Shown: in pieces, positions 39,855 through 49,731 of the stretch
Layout of the letters: each line of letters opens with the position of its first letter
Numbering within the stretch: the stretch's first letter is position 1
Assembly: GCA_965227065.1 (NCBI GenBank)
Contig: CBDDFN010000020.1
Location: 411,471 to 475,470 of the forward strand
DNA from: Alphaproteobacteria bacterium
GTDB taxonomy: Bacteria; Pseudomonadota; Alphaproteobacteria; SPJN01
DNA: 64,000 nucleotides
Direction: 5' to 3'
Position numbers and translations under genes: made by a program
The notes under the pieces: generated by a model
What the model saw: only the letters and a program-made list of their open reading frames with translations
What the model was told of the DNA's origin: nothing
The model's database searches: none

Positions 39855-41045
39855 ATGCTTGAGGGATTGCGCGTCGTAGAAATGGCCACTTATGTGGCTG
39901 CGCCGGCCGCCGGTGGAATTCTGGCCGACTGGGGCGCTGATGTGATCAAGGTCGAAAGCCCCAAGGGTGACCCGATCCGCCATTTCTTCGCCGGAACCAA
40001 AGCTGAAGATTTCGGCAATCCGGTGTTTGATCTCGACAATCGCGGCAAGCGCGGCATCGCGCTCGACGTCAAAACCGAAGCCGGAGCCAAGGCGATGCAG
40101 GCCCTGCTCGCCCAGGCAGACATTTTCATCACAAACTTGCGTCCCGGCGCGCTGGCCCGCGCAGGGTTGGACTATGACACCATGAAGGCGCTCAATCCCG
40201 GCCTGATTTACGGATCGGTCACCGGATATGGACTTGAAGGGGCCGAAGCTGACCGGCCCGCCATGGATATGGCGGCATTCTGGGCGCGCTCAGGCATGGC
40301 GATGCTGACAGGCCGCAAGGGCGAACCGCCTTTGCCGATGCGCATTGCGGTGGGCGATCACACAACCGGCATTGCGCTTGTGGCGGGCATTCTGGCGGCT
40401 GTGCATGACCGGGCGAAAACCGGGCAGGGGCGGCTTGTGGAAACCTCGCTTTTGCGCACCGGCATCTATTCGCTGGGCACCGATCTGTCGATCCAGCAGC
40501 GGATCGGCCGGGTGTCATCCACCAAATCGCGGCAGGAAGCGGCTGATCCGCTAACCAATGTCTACCCAACCAAGGATGATCGCTGGGTGATGATGCTGAC
40601 GCGCCAGGGCGCGGATGATTTTGAGGGCTATCTCAAGGCGCTGGGGCTTGATCTGTCGATTATGGACGATGAACGCTTTTCATCCCGCCGCGCGCGCATG
40701 AAAAATCGTGCCGAGGTGATTGAGCTGCTTGATCAGGGCTTTATGGCCTTCACGCTGGCTGAAATCATGCCCCGGCTCGATGAGCAGGACTTGATCTATG
40801 CGCCGGTGCAAAGCCCTGCCGATGTGATGGAAGACACACAAGCCCATGCGGCGGGTTCGTTCACCACAATTCCCACGCCGGAGGGGCCCATGGCTTCGAT
40901 CGCAACGCCGGTGCGCTTTCATGGCGAGGGGGGTGCGACTGATCCTCACGGACCCGCACCCACTGTGGGAGAACATACCGAAGCCGTCTTGCGCGAGATC
41001 GGCTGCGACGAAGGTCTTATTTCCTCAATCGTAACAAAAGCTTGA
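39855..41045 (+). CDS. CaiB/BaiF family III CoA-transferase
   Basis: LEGLRVVE, LADWGADVIKVE...GD, NRGKR, N.RPG. Confidence 0.93.
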   Translation: MLEGLRVVEMATYVAAPAAGGILADWGADVIKVESPKGDPIRHFFAGTKAEDFGNPVFDLDNRGKRGIALDVKTEAGAKAMQALLAQADIFITNLRPGALARAGLDYDTMKALNPGLIYGSVTGYGLEGAEADRPAMDMAAFWARSGMAMLTGRKGEPPLPMRIAVGDHTTGIALVAGILAAVHDRAKTGQGRLVETSLLRTGIYSLGTDLSIQQRIGRVSSTKSRQEAADPLTNVYPTKDDRWVMMLTRQGADDFEGYLKALGLDLSIMDDERFSSRRARMKNRAEVIELLDQGFMAFTLAEIMPRLDEQDLIYAPVQSPADVMEDTQAHAAGSFTTIPTPEGPMASIATPVRFHGEGGATDPHGPAPTVGEHTEAVLREIGCDEGLISSIVTKA

Positions 41046-41110
41046 TAAGAAACCTGCTGAGCGCGGGTTGAACCGGCTAAGGGCTTGATGCTCTTTTAAG
41101 AACCAGCCTG

Positions 41111-41157
41111 TGCCTGTTTTTTAGGCATTATGACCTCTAAAGCATCATGAAAATGCT
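41111..41157. promoter_or_regulatory. Two 17-bp dyads, possible NtrC-type binding sites
   Basis: TGCCT-GTTTTTT-AGGCA (41111-41127) and AGCAT-CATGAAA-ATGCT (41141-41157) upstream of the ATP-grasp operon. Confidence 0.35.
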
Positions 41158-41282
41158 TTTGTTTTCAAGGTGTTATGGTGTTAGGCTAAAGCTGTTGTGG
41201 CGAAACCAGCGTGCAACAGTGCCGTGTGCTTCGGGCGCGGCCGTCATTTTGGGACCGGCAATCAAGCGTGGGGCTCGCATCT

Positions 41283-42764
41283 ATGGCAACCGTGACAGTC
41301 TTGTCTGAACACGCCACAAATTTCCCGCTCGACAGTTATGATCCAGGCGGTTTCTTTTGCGAATTGATGGGCGAGCCGGGCGATCCCGCCCGCAAACTGA
41401 CCCAGCTTTTCGACAAGCTGCAAAAGCTTGATCTGGCCGCGTTGCGCGCCCGCTCGGAAGATGCTGAACGCGAGCTGTTTGCGCTGGGGATCACCTTTAC
41501 CGTTTATTCCGAACGCGATGTGATTGACCGCATCCTGCCCTTTGATGTGATCCCGCGGGTTCTGACGGCTGCGGATTGGGCGCATATTGATAAGGGCGTG
41601 CAGCAACGGGTTCAGGCCCTGAACCTCTTCCTTCACGACATTTATCATGACGGCAAGGTCATCAAGGACGGCGTTATCCCCGCCGATCTGGTTTACGGCA
41701 ACGCCAATTATCTGCCCCAGATGAAGGATATCGACGTTCCCGGCGGGGTTTATATCCACATTAACGGCACCGATCTGGTACGCGACGGCAAAGGTAATTT
41801 CCTTGTTCTGGAAGATAATGGCCGGGCGCCGTCGGGCGTTTCTTATGTGGTTGAAAACCGCCATTTGATGCAGCGCGCTTTCCCCGATTTGATGGAAGGC
41901 TTCCGTATCAAGCCAGTGTCTGATTACGGCGAACGGCTGCACGGCAAGCTGGCCGAGTGCGCGCCTGAAGGGGTGATGGACCCCCAGGTGGTTCTGCTGT
42001 CGCCCGGTGTTTTCAACTCCGCCTATTTTGAACATATCTTCCTCGCCCGCGAGATGGGCGTGCCGCTGGTTGAGGGCCGCGATCTGGTGGTTGAAGACGA
42101 CAAGGTTTTCATGAAAACCGTGTCGGGGCTGAAGCCGGTTCATGTCATCTATCGGCGGATCAATGATGACTTCCTCGATCCTGAAGTGTTCAATCCCGAC
42201 AGTATGCTGGGCGCCAAGGGCCTGATGCGCGCGGTGGCCAAAGGCACCGTCACGCTCGCCAATGCGGTGGGAACCGGGGTTGCCGATGACAAGGCGGTCT
42301 ATGCCTATGTGCCGCAAATCATTCGCTATTATCTTGATGAAGACCCGATCCTCGACAATGTCGAAACCCATATTTGCCGGACCCCGTCGGGTCTGAAATA
42401 TACGCTTGATCATCTGGATCAGCTTGTGACCAAGCCGGTGGGCGAGAGCGGCGGCTACGGCATTGTGATCGGTCCCAAAGCCTCGAAAACCGAGCTCAAC
42501 GCCCTGCGCGATCGTCTGAAAGAAGATCCCGGCGCCTATATCAGCCAGCCGATGATTGAGCTGAGTGTTTGCCCCACCCTGACCGATGAGGGCGTGGCCC
42601 CGCGCCATGTTGATTTACGGCCCTTTGCGATCACCGGCAAGGACACCTGGGTGCTGCCCGGCGGGTTAACGCGGGTCGCCCTCAAGAAAGGTTCGATCAT
42701 CGTCAATTCAAGTCAGGGCGGCGGCACCAAGGACACATGGGTTCTTGAGGAGCGCCGGTCATGA
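41283..42764 (+). CDS. Circularly permuted ATP-grasp type 2 protein
   Basis: GITF.VY, PFDVIPR, LEDNGRAPSGVSY, NSAYFEH, GVADDKA, VNSSQGGGTKDTW. Confidence 0.93.
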   Translation: MATVTVLSEHATNFPLDSYDPGGFFCELMGEPGDPARKLTQLFDKLQKLDLAALRARSEDAERELFALGITFTVYSERDVIDRILPFDVIPRVLTAADWAHIDKGVQQRVQALNLFLHDIYHDGKVIKDGVIPADLVYGNANYLPQMKDIDVPGGVYIHINGTDLVRDGKGNFLVLEDNGRAPSGVSYVVENRHLMQRAFPDLMEGFRIKPVSDYGERLHGKLAECAPEGVMDPQVVLLSPGVFNSAYFEHIFLAREMGVPLVEGRDLVVEDDKVFMKTVSGLKPVHVIYRRINDDFLDPEVFNPDSMLGAKGLMRAVAKGTVTLANAVGTGVADDKAVYAYVPQIIRYYLDEDPILDNVETHICRTPSGLKYTLDHLDQLVTKPVGESGGYGIVIGPKASKTELNALRDRLKEDPGAYISQPMIELSVCPTLTDEGVAPRHVDLRPFAITGKDTWVLPGGLTRVALKKGSIIVNSSQGGGTKDTWVLEERRS

Positions 42765-43771
42765 GTGCGCTTCTCAGCCGCTATGCCGAGGCGAGCTATT
42801 GGCTTGCGCGTTATTTTGAGCGCGCCTCAAGCCTTGCCCGGATCTTTGAAGTGCAGACCAGCTTTTCGCGCGGCCGGGCGGACGATAATGACTGGGCCTG
42901 GATCATCGCGCTTTATTCCGATGAGGAATTGTTCGCCGAACGTCATGATGAGGCGACCGCGTCCAATGTGACGAATTTCTATGTCGCGGATTTGCACAAT
43001 CCCAGTTCAGTCCTGTCATCGGTGCGCGCGGCGCGGGAAAATGCGCGAACCCTGCGGCCGCTGATTTCAACCGAGATGTGGACGCAGGCCAATGGCTTTT
43101 ACAACAAGCTGCTGGCTTTGGGTGCGACCGACTTTGGCGAGACGCGCCTGTCGCGCACCTGCGATATGATCAAGCATGGCGCTTACAATCAGATCGGTGT
43201 GGCAGAAAGCACGCTTTATCGGGATGAAAGCTGGTCGTTCTTCCGGCTGGGCCAGATGACGGAACGGGCCGATCAGATCTCGCGCCTGCTGGATGTGAAA
43301 TTTGCCCGGCGGGCAACGCGTGGCGATGATGAAGAGTATGATATCCGCGCGGATTTTTCGTCCTGGACGATCCTGCTGCGCTCGGCGGCGGCCTATCATG
43401 CCTTCCGCCGGGTCGAGCCGAGCGGGTCGGACCCCGACTCAATTGCGCGTTTTCTGATTTTTGATGCGCGCTTTCCCCGTTCGGTCGCCTTTTGCGTGGG
43501 CGAGGCTCAACGCTGCCTTTATACGTTGCGCTCCGCCTTTTATCTCAAAGGGGCCAACACCGCGCTGGAGCATATGGAGATCATGATTGAGGGGCTTGAA
43601 ACCGCTTCTCATGATGATTTGCTGGTCGACCGGCTTCACGAGTTTAATGACTGGGTGCAAGGCCAATTGATCGGTCTCACCGCCGAGCTTGGCGTGAGCT
43701 TCTTTGGCCATGACCCGGTGCCCGCCCAAAGCCAATTCCAATCTTCCGAGCCTGCGAAAAAGGCCGGCTAA
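42761..43771 (+). CDS. Alpha-E domain protein (DUF403)
   Basis: LSR.AE..YW.ARY.ERA, ARENAR..R..I..E.W, ERAD..SR.LDVK, FPRS. Confidence 0.9.
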   Translation: MSALLSRYAEASYWLARYFERASSLARIFEVQTSFSRGRADDNDWAWIIALYSDEELFAERHDEATASNVTNFYVADLHNPSSVLSSVRAARENARTLRPLISTEMWTQANGFYNKLLALGATDFGETRLSRTCDMIKHGAYNQIGVAESTLYRDESWSFFRLGQMTERADQISRLLDVKFARRATRGDDEEYDIRADFSSWTILLRSAAAYHAFRRVEPSGSDPDSIARFLIFDARFPRSVAFCVGEAQRCLYTLRSAFYLKGANTALEHMEIMIEGLETASHDDLLVDRLHEFNDWVQGQLIGLTAELGVSFFGHDPVPAQSQFQSSEPAKKAG

Positions 43772-43793
43772 TCGCATACAGGACGACCACGCC

Positions 43794-46700
43794 ATGACGC
43801 TCCAAGTCGCGCTGACGCACCGGACCGCCTATCAGTATGACCGGTTGGTCTCCATGGGTCCGCATATCATCCGCTTGCGGCCCGCCCCGCATGCGCGCAC
43901 GCCGATCCTGAGCTATTCGCAAAAACTGTCGCCCGATGAGCATTTCATCAATTGGCAGCAAGACCCGTTCGGCAATTATATGGCGCGGGTGATCATTCCT
44001 GAGAAGACGGATCATTTCTCGGTTACCATCGATCTGGTTGCCGAGCTTGAGCCGATCAACCCGTTTGATTTCTTCATTGCCGATGAAGCCAAGGAATGGC
44101 CGTTCTCTTATCCCAAAGAGGAAAAGGTCGATCTGCTGCCCTATCTGATCCCGGTTCCCGCCGGACCTTTGATGACGCGCTACCTGAAAAAAGTTGAAGC
44201 CATCAAGGAAGAGACGACGCTCGATTTCATTGTCGCCGTCAACCGCATGCTTGAGCAGGACATTTCCTACCTGATCCGCATGGAGCCGGGGGTGCAGACA
44301 CCCGAACAGACACTGAAAAACGGGTCGGGCTCGTGCCGAGATTCAGGCTGGCTGCTTGTGCAGATATTCCGCCATCTGGGTCTCGCGGCGCGCTTTGTGT
44401 CGGGCTATCTGATCCAGCTCAAGGCCGATCAGGAATCGCTGGATGGTCCATCGGGCGCGGCGGAGGATTTCACCGATCTGCACGCCTGGACCGAAGTTTA
44501 TGTGCCCGGTGCGGGCTGGATCGGGCTTGATCCGACATCAGGTTTGCTGGCGGCCGAAGGTCACATTCCGCTGGCGGCCACGCCCCATCCGATTTCAGCG
44601 GCCCCGATCACCGGCGCGCTTGACGAGGCCGAGGTCGAGTTTGAGTTCGACATGCAAGTCACGCGCATCAAGGAAACCCCGCGCGTCACCCTGCCTTATA
44701 CTGACGAGACCTGGGACGACATCAAGGCGCTGGGCGAGAAAGTCGACCGCGAGCTTGAAAAGGAAGATGTCCGTCTCACCATGGGCGGGGAGCCGACCTT
44801 CGTTTCCATCGACGATATGGAAGGGGATGAGTGGAACACCGCCGCCGTTGGTCCGACCAAGCGGTTCCTGGCTGAAAATCTGGCCCGGCGTTTGCAGAAG
44901 AAATTCGCACCCGGCGGGTTGATGCATTACGGCCAGGGCAAATGGTATCCCGGCGAGCAATTGCCGCGCTGGTCGTTTTCAATCTATTGGCGCGATGATG
45001 AGGAGCCCTTGTGGCTCAATCATGATCTCATCGACACTGAAAAGCCCAAACGCACGGTCGAAGCCGGCGAGGCACAAGCCTTTGCGCGCAAGCTGTGTAC
45101 CACGCTGGGCTTGGCCGATGATGTCGCCATTCCGGCTTACGAAGACCCCGCGCACTTCATGCTGGTTGAGCAGAAATTGCCGCTAAATGTCGATGTCACC
45201 GATCCCAAGATCAAGGATGTGCAGGAACGCAAACGCATCATCAAAGTGTTTGAGCGCGGCCTTGATAAGCCCTCTGGCTTTGTGCTGCCCATTCAGGTCT
45301 GGCATTCAAAGGACCGCCGCCGTTGGGTGACCGAACGGTGGCGCTTCCGCCGCGAAAAGCTGTTCCTGATGCCTGGCGATTCGCCGGTCGGCTTCCGGCT
45401 GCCGCTGCAGTCGCTCGATTTCATTCCTCAAAGCGCCTATCCCCATGTCCAGCCGCGCGATCCGTTTGATCCGCGCCCGCAAATGCCCAAACGCTCCGAG
45501 CTTGTCATGCAGCGCAAGACCGAAACGCTCAAAGCGCCGGAGCCGCCCCAGGACACGCCCGATGAAGTGACGGGCTCGGTACGGACCGCGCTGAGTATTG
45601 AGCCGCGCGATAATCATTTGTGTGTGTTCATGCCGCCGCTTGAAGATGCCGAAGATTATGCCGCGCTGATTGCCGCGATTGAGGAAACCGCCAAGGCGGT
45701 TGATTTGCCGGTTCATATTGAAGGCTATGAGCCGCCCTTTGATCCGCGGTTGAACGTGATCAAAGTGACGCCCGACCCCGGTGTGATCGAGGTCAATATC
45801 CATCCCTCCAAGAACTGGAAGGAAGCGGTCGCGACTACCGAAATCCTCTATGAGGAAGCGCGGCTGTCGCGGCTGGGGACCGAAAAATTCATGCTGGATG
45901 GCAAGCATTCGGGCACCGGCGGGGGCAATCATATTGTGCTGGGCGGCAAGGCGCCTGAACACAGCCCGTTCCTGCGGCGGCCTGATTTGCTGGCCAGCCT
46001 GATCCGCTATTGGCAGTGCCATCCCAGCCTGTCCTATCTGTTTTCGGGCCTGTTTATCGGGCCGACCAGTCAGGCCCCGCGCGTGGATGAGGCGCGCCAT
46101 GAAGGGCTGTATGAGCTTGAGATTGCGCTCAATCAGGTGCCTGAGCCGGGCGCGGGCCATATCCCGCATTGGCTGGTTGACCGGCTGTTCCGCAATCTGC
46201 TGATTGATGTCACCGGCAACACGCACCGGGCCGAAATCTGCATCGACAAGCTTTATTCGCCCGATGGACCGACGGGCCGGTTGGGACTGGTGGAGTTCCG
46301 GTCTTTCGAAATGCCGCCCCATGCGCGGATGAGCCTGGCCCAGCAATTGCTGCTGCGGGCGATCATTGCGCGGTTGTGGAAGGCGCCCTTCAAGGGCCGT
46401 CTGGTGCGGTGGGGGACCGCCCTTCATGACAAATTCATGCTGCCCCATTTTGTGTGGAGCGATTTTGAAGACGTCATTGATGATCTCAATCGCGCGGGCT
46501 TCCCCATCAAGGCCGACTGGTTCCGCCCCCATGCCGAATTCCGCTTCCCCGTGATCGGCACCCATGCGGTCAAGGGCATTGCGCTTGAGCTGCGCACCGC
46601 GCTTGAACCGTGGAACGTGCTGGGTGAAGAAGGCGCGGTCGGTGGCACGGCGCGCTATGTCGACAGCTCTTTGGAGCGGGTTCAGGTCAAGGTCACCGGC

Positions 46701-47084
46701 GATCAGGGCGAACGCTATCAACTGGCCTGCAATGGCGTGGCGGTGCCGCTGCAACCCACCGGGCGGGCGGGAGAATTTGTGGCAGGCGTCCGCTACCGGG
46801 CGTGGCAGCCCTGGTCGGCGCTTCATCCCACAATTGGTGTTCACACACCGTTGGGCTTTGATGTGGTGGATGGCTGGACGGGCCGGTCGGTCGGCGGATG
46901 CCGCTATCATGTCAGCCATCCCGGCGGGCGGTCCCACGACACATTCCCGGTCAATGCGTTTGAGGCCTCGGGCCGCCGCCGCGCGCGATTTGAAACAATT
47001 AACCATACCAGCGGCGCAATGACGCTGGGGCCTGCGCTGGTGGACCGCGATTATCCCCACACACTTGATTTGCGCCGGTTCTAG
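43794..47084 (+). CDS. Transglutaminase-like domain fused to DUF2126 putative amidoligase
   Basis: Triad GSCRD / LHAWTEVY / WIGLDPT; ligase motifs LTMGGEPTF, TPDPGVIEVN, GTGGGNH, GLVEFRSFE. Confidence 0.92.
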   Translation: MTLQVALTHRTAYQYDRLVSMGPHIIRLRPAPHARTPILSYSQKLSPDEHFINWQQDPFGNYMARVIIPEKTDHFSVTIDLVAELEPINPFDFFIADEAKEWPFSYPKEEKVDLLPYLIPVPAGPLMTRYLKKVEAIKEETTLDFIVAVNRMLEQDISYLIRMEPGVQTPEQTLKNGSGSCRDSGWLLVQIFRHLGLAARFVSGYLIQLKADQESLDGPSGAAEDFTDLHAWTEVYVPGAGWIGLDPTSGLLAAEGHIPLAATPHPISAAPITGALDEAEVEFEFDMQVTRIKETPRVTLPYTDETWDDIKALGEKVDRELEKEDVRLTMGGEPTFVSIDDMEGDEWNTAAVGPTKRFLAENLARRLQKKFAPGGLMHYGQGKWYPGEQLPRWSFSIYWRDDEEPLWLNHDLIDTEKPKRTVEAGEAQAFARKLCTTLGLADDVAIPAYEDPAHFMLVEQKLPLNVDVTDPKIKDVQERKRIIKVFERGLDKPSGFVLPIQVWHSKDRRRWVTERWRFRREKLFLMPGDSPVGFRLPLQSLDFIPQSAYPHVQPRDPFDPRPQMPKRSELVMQRKTETLKAPEPPQDTPDEVTGSVRTALSIEPRDNHLCVFMPPLEDAEDYAALIAAIEETAKAVDLPVHIEGYEPPFDPRLNVIKVTPDPGVIEVNIHPSKNWKEAVATTEILYEEARLSRLGTEKFMLDGKHSGTGGGNHIVLGGKAPEHSPFLRRPDLLASLIRYWQCHPSLSYLFSGLFIGPTSQAPRVDEARHEGLYELEIALNQVPEPGAGHIPHWLVDRLFRNLLIDVTGNTHRAEICIDKLYSPDGPTGRLGLVEFRSFEMPPHARMSLAQQLLLRAIIARLWKAPFKGRLVRWGTALHDKFMLPHFVWSDFEDVIDDLNRAGFPIKADWFRPHAEFRFPVIGTHAVKGIALELRTALEPWNVLGEEGAVGGTARYVDSSLERVQVKVTGDQGERYQLACNGVAVPLQPTGRAGEFVAGVRYRAWQPWSALHPTIGVHTPLGFDVVDGWTGRSVGGCRYHVSHPGGRSHDTFPVNAFEASGRRRARFETINHTSGAMTLGPALVDRDYPHTLDLRRF

Positions 47085-47151
47085 TTTCGGTCATAAGAGG
47101 CTGATATGGTCGCGGCCGCGCGCAAGGGGCGCGCCACGGTGAAAGTCTGAC

Positions 47152-49731
47152 ATGGAACAGCAAGTCCAGCTTCAAGGGGCGCGGCGGGGTGCCGATCTCG
47201 CCTCCAGCTATGCGCCCATTCCCGGTGTCCATGATGAGATGATGGACGCCAATGGCACTTTGCGGCCCCATTGGACGGGATTGGTCGACGCGGTCAATAC
47301 CATGACCCAGAAGGAGCGGCGCAATCTTGGCGATCAGATCAACCGTCTGGTGCGCGAACATGATGTCGCCCATGACATTTTCGCCGATCCCGATTCGCCC
47401 AGTGAACCCTGGGCGGTGGACCTCTTCCCGCTGATTTTTTCGCCTCAGGATTGGGCGGTGCTGGAACCGGCCCTTTTGCAGCGCGCGCGGCTGGCCAATG
47501 CTTTGCTGGGCGATATTTACGGGCCGCAACGAACCTTGAAGACGGGCCTTGTGCCGCCCGCCATGATTTTTAATGACCGGCATTTTGCACGGCCTGCTTA
47601 TGGTATCGCCCCGCGGTCGGGCTATGTGCAGTTCTTTGCGGTTGATGTCGTCCGCTCCGCCGAAGGGCAGTGGCAAATTGTCGATTGCCACACCGAAACT
47701 CCGGCCGGGCCGGGTCTGGCGCTCGCCAATCGGGTGATCACCGCCCAGACGCTGCCCAACCTGTTCCGCACCTGCAAGGTGGTGCGGCTGGCGCGCTATT
47801 TTCAGGCCATGCAGGCCGAGCTTGCCCGCCGCGCCGGCCGGGCCGATCCGCGCATTGCGCTGATCACGCCGGGCGCGCATCACGATGATTATTTCTCCCA
47901 CGCCTATCTGGCGCGCTATCTCAACTTCTTTCTGGTTGAGGGCGGTGATGTGCAGATTGTCGGCTCCCGCGCGTTTTTGAAGACGCTGGAAGGGCTGAAA
48001 TCGATTGATCTGATCGTGCGGTGTGCCGAAGGCATTTACAGCGACCCGCTTGAGCTTGATCCGTCGGGCTTTCTGGGCCCTGTCGGACTGTTACAAGCCT
48101 GCCGGACGGACACGGATTTTGTGGTCAATCCGATCGGCTCAGCGGTGGCGGAAAATCGTGGCCTGTCGCCCATTATGGGCGAGCTTGCGCGGGAGCTGCT
48201 CAATGAGGATTTGCTGATCCCCGATGTGCCGCGCGTGTGGCTCGGCGATCCTGGTGCACGGGACTATGTGCTGCAAAATCTCGACCGCTATATCATCAAG
48301 CCTGCCCAGGAAGGGACGGGACGCGCTGGTCATGGGGCCGGTGGGATTGTCGGCGCCGAACTTGATGAGGCCGCCCTTGAGGAGCTGAAGACCCGCATCA
48401 GCCTGTTTGGCGCAGAATATATCGCCGATGAAATCCGGCCCGTCGGCACAACGCCGAGCCATGGCCCCAAAGGACTTGAGCCGGTGCCGTTTATGGCGCG
48501 GCTTTATGTGTCGATGACGAGTGAAGGCTTTGCAGTGCTGCCCGGTGGTCTGTCGCTGACAGTGGGCGCTGATACAGCCAGCCTGCCCAAAGGTCCCGAA
48601 GGTCATTCGCGCGATGTCTGGGTGATCGCCGGTGAAGAAACACCCGCCGGCTTCCAGCCCAATCCGCCAACCGCTGAAACAGCGCGGATAGAGCGCTCCA
48701 GCCGGGGGCTGCAAAGCCGGGTGGCTGACAATCTGTTCTGGCTGGGCCGCTATGTCGAACGCGCCGACTGGGTCTTGCGGATGGAGCGGTCCGCCTTGCA
48801 CCGGCTTGAAAATGAGGAGCGGGACGGCGAGGGGCTCGCTTCGGTCAAAGCCGCGCTTGATCTGTTGCTCGACAAGGATGTCAGCACGCTCAAACCCTTG
48901 CCCGATGAGCCGCTCGGCTCGGCGGTCGAGGCCCGCATGCGTGCCTTGTTTGAAACCCCTGACCACGCCTTTTCGGTCCGCAATACTCTGGGCAATGTGC
49001 ACCAGGTTGCGGCCATGACGCGCGACCGGCTGTCATTGGAGGCGTGGCGGACGCTCAACACGTTCAACACCCATCCCGAATGGCGGCGCGAACGCATGCC
49101 GGTCAGCCCGCGGGTGGCGCTTGAACAGTTTGAATCGGGCATCACCACCATGGCGGCCTTTTCGGGCATGGCGGTTGAAAACATGACCCGCAATTATGGC
49201 TGGCGCTTCATGGATATGGGGCGGCGGATTGAACGGGCGCAGCATCTGTCGGAATTGCTGTCGACCCTGTTCCGCGAACCCAACTCCGATGAGACCCGCG
49301 AAGCCGAAGATTTGCTGTTCGTGCTGGAACTGGCCGACAGTTATATCACCTACCGCTCGCGCTACCGCTTTGCGCCGGCCTTGCCGCTGGTGCTGGACCT
49401 GTTGCTGATTGATGAGACCAATCCGCGCTCCATCGCCTTCCAGCTGCATCATATTGCCCAGCATCTTGATGCACTGCCACTGGCGGCCAAGGATGCGGTG
49501 CGCGAGGATGATCAGCGCAAGATCCTGATGATGCTGACGGCGGTTCGCCTGGCCGACGTCAATGATTTGAGTGAGACGGACGATGAGGGTGAGCGATCCG
49601 ATCTCGCCGCATTGTTTGATGCGTTGATCACCGGCCTGCCTGAATTGTCCGAAATTGTCACGCGGCGGTATCTGTCGCTGACGGAGGATATTCCCCGCCG
49701 TCTCTATACGCGTTTGGGGACACCGCTATGA
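47152..49731 (+). CDS. Circularly permuted ATP-grasp / alpha-E fusion (ATP-grasp motifs divergent)
   Basis: DEM...G.LRPHW, HAYLARYL, SRVADNLFWLGRYVERA, GRRIERA, DSYITYRSRY, NPRS. Confidence 0.9.
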   Translation: MEQQVQLQGARRGADLASSYAPIPGVHDEMMDANGTLRPHWTGLVDAVNTMTQKERRNLGDQINRLVREHDVAHDIFADPDSPSEPWAVDLFPLIFSPQDWAVLEPALLQRARLANALLGDIYGPQRTLKTGLVPPAMIFNDRHFARPAYGIAPRSGYVQFFAVDVVRSAEGQWQIVDCHTETPAGPGLALANRVITAQTLPNLFRTCKVVRLARYFQAMQAELARRAGRADPRIALITPGAHHDDYFSHAYLARYLNFFLVEGGDVQIVGSRAFLKTLEGLKSIDLIVRCAEGIYSDPLELDPSGFLGPVGLLQACRTDTDFVVNPIGSAVAENRGLSPIMGELARELLNEDLLIPDVPRVWLGDPGARDYVLQNLDRYIIKPAQEGTGRAGHGAGGIVGAELDEAALEELKTRISLFGAEYIADEIRPVGTTPSHGPKGLEPVPFMARLYVSMTSEGFAVLPGGLSLTVGADTASLPKGPEGHSRDVWVIAGEETPAGFQPNPPTAETARIERSSRGLQSRVADNLFWLGRYVERADWVLRMERSALHRLENEERDGEGLASVKAALDLLLDKDVSTLKPLPDEPLGSAVEARMRALFETPDHAFSVRNTLGNVHQVAAMTRDRLSLEAWRTLNTFNTHPEWRRERMPVSPRVALEQFESGITTMAAFSGMAVENMTRNYGWRFMDMGRRIERAQHLSELLSTLFREPNSDETREAEDLLFVLELADSYITYRSRYRFAPALPLVLDLLLIDETNPRSIAFQLHHIAQHLDALPLAAKDAVREDDQRKILMMLTAVRLADVNDLSETDDEGERSDLAALFDALITGLPELSEIVTRRYLSLTEDIPRRLYTRLGTPL

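Noticed and set aside
41197-41215. Possible sigma54 promoter TGGCGAAACCAGCGTGCA
   Set aside because: GG-to-GC spacing is 8 or 12, not the required 10
45306-47060. Long antisense ORFs (584 aa here; also 41262-42608, 4456-5703, 15563-16738, 10433-11614, 25302-26417)
   Set aside because: They shadow well-supported genes on the opposite strand, show no motifs, and are expected from high-GC codon bias
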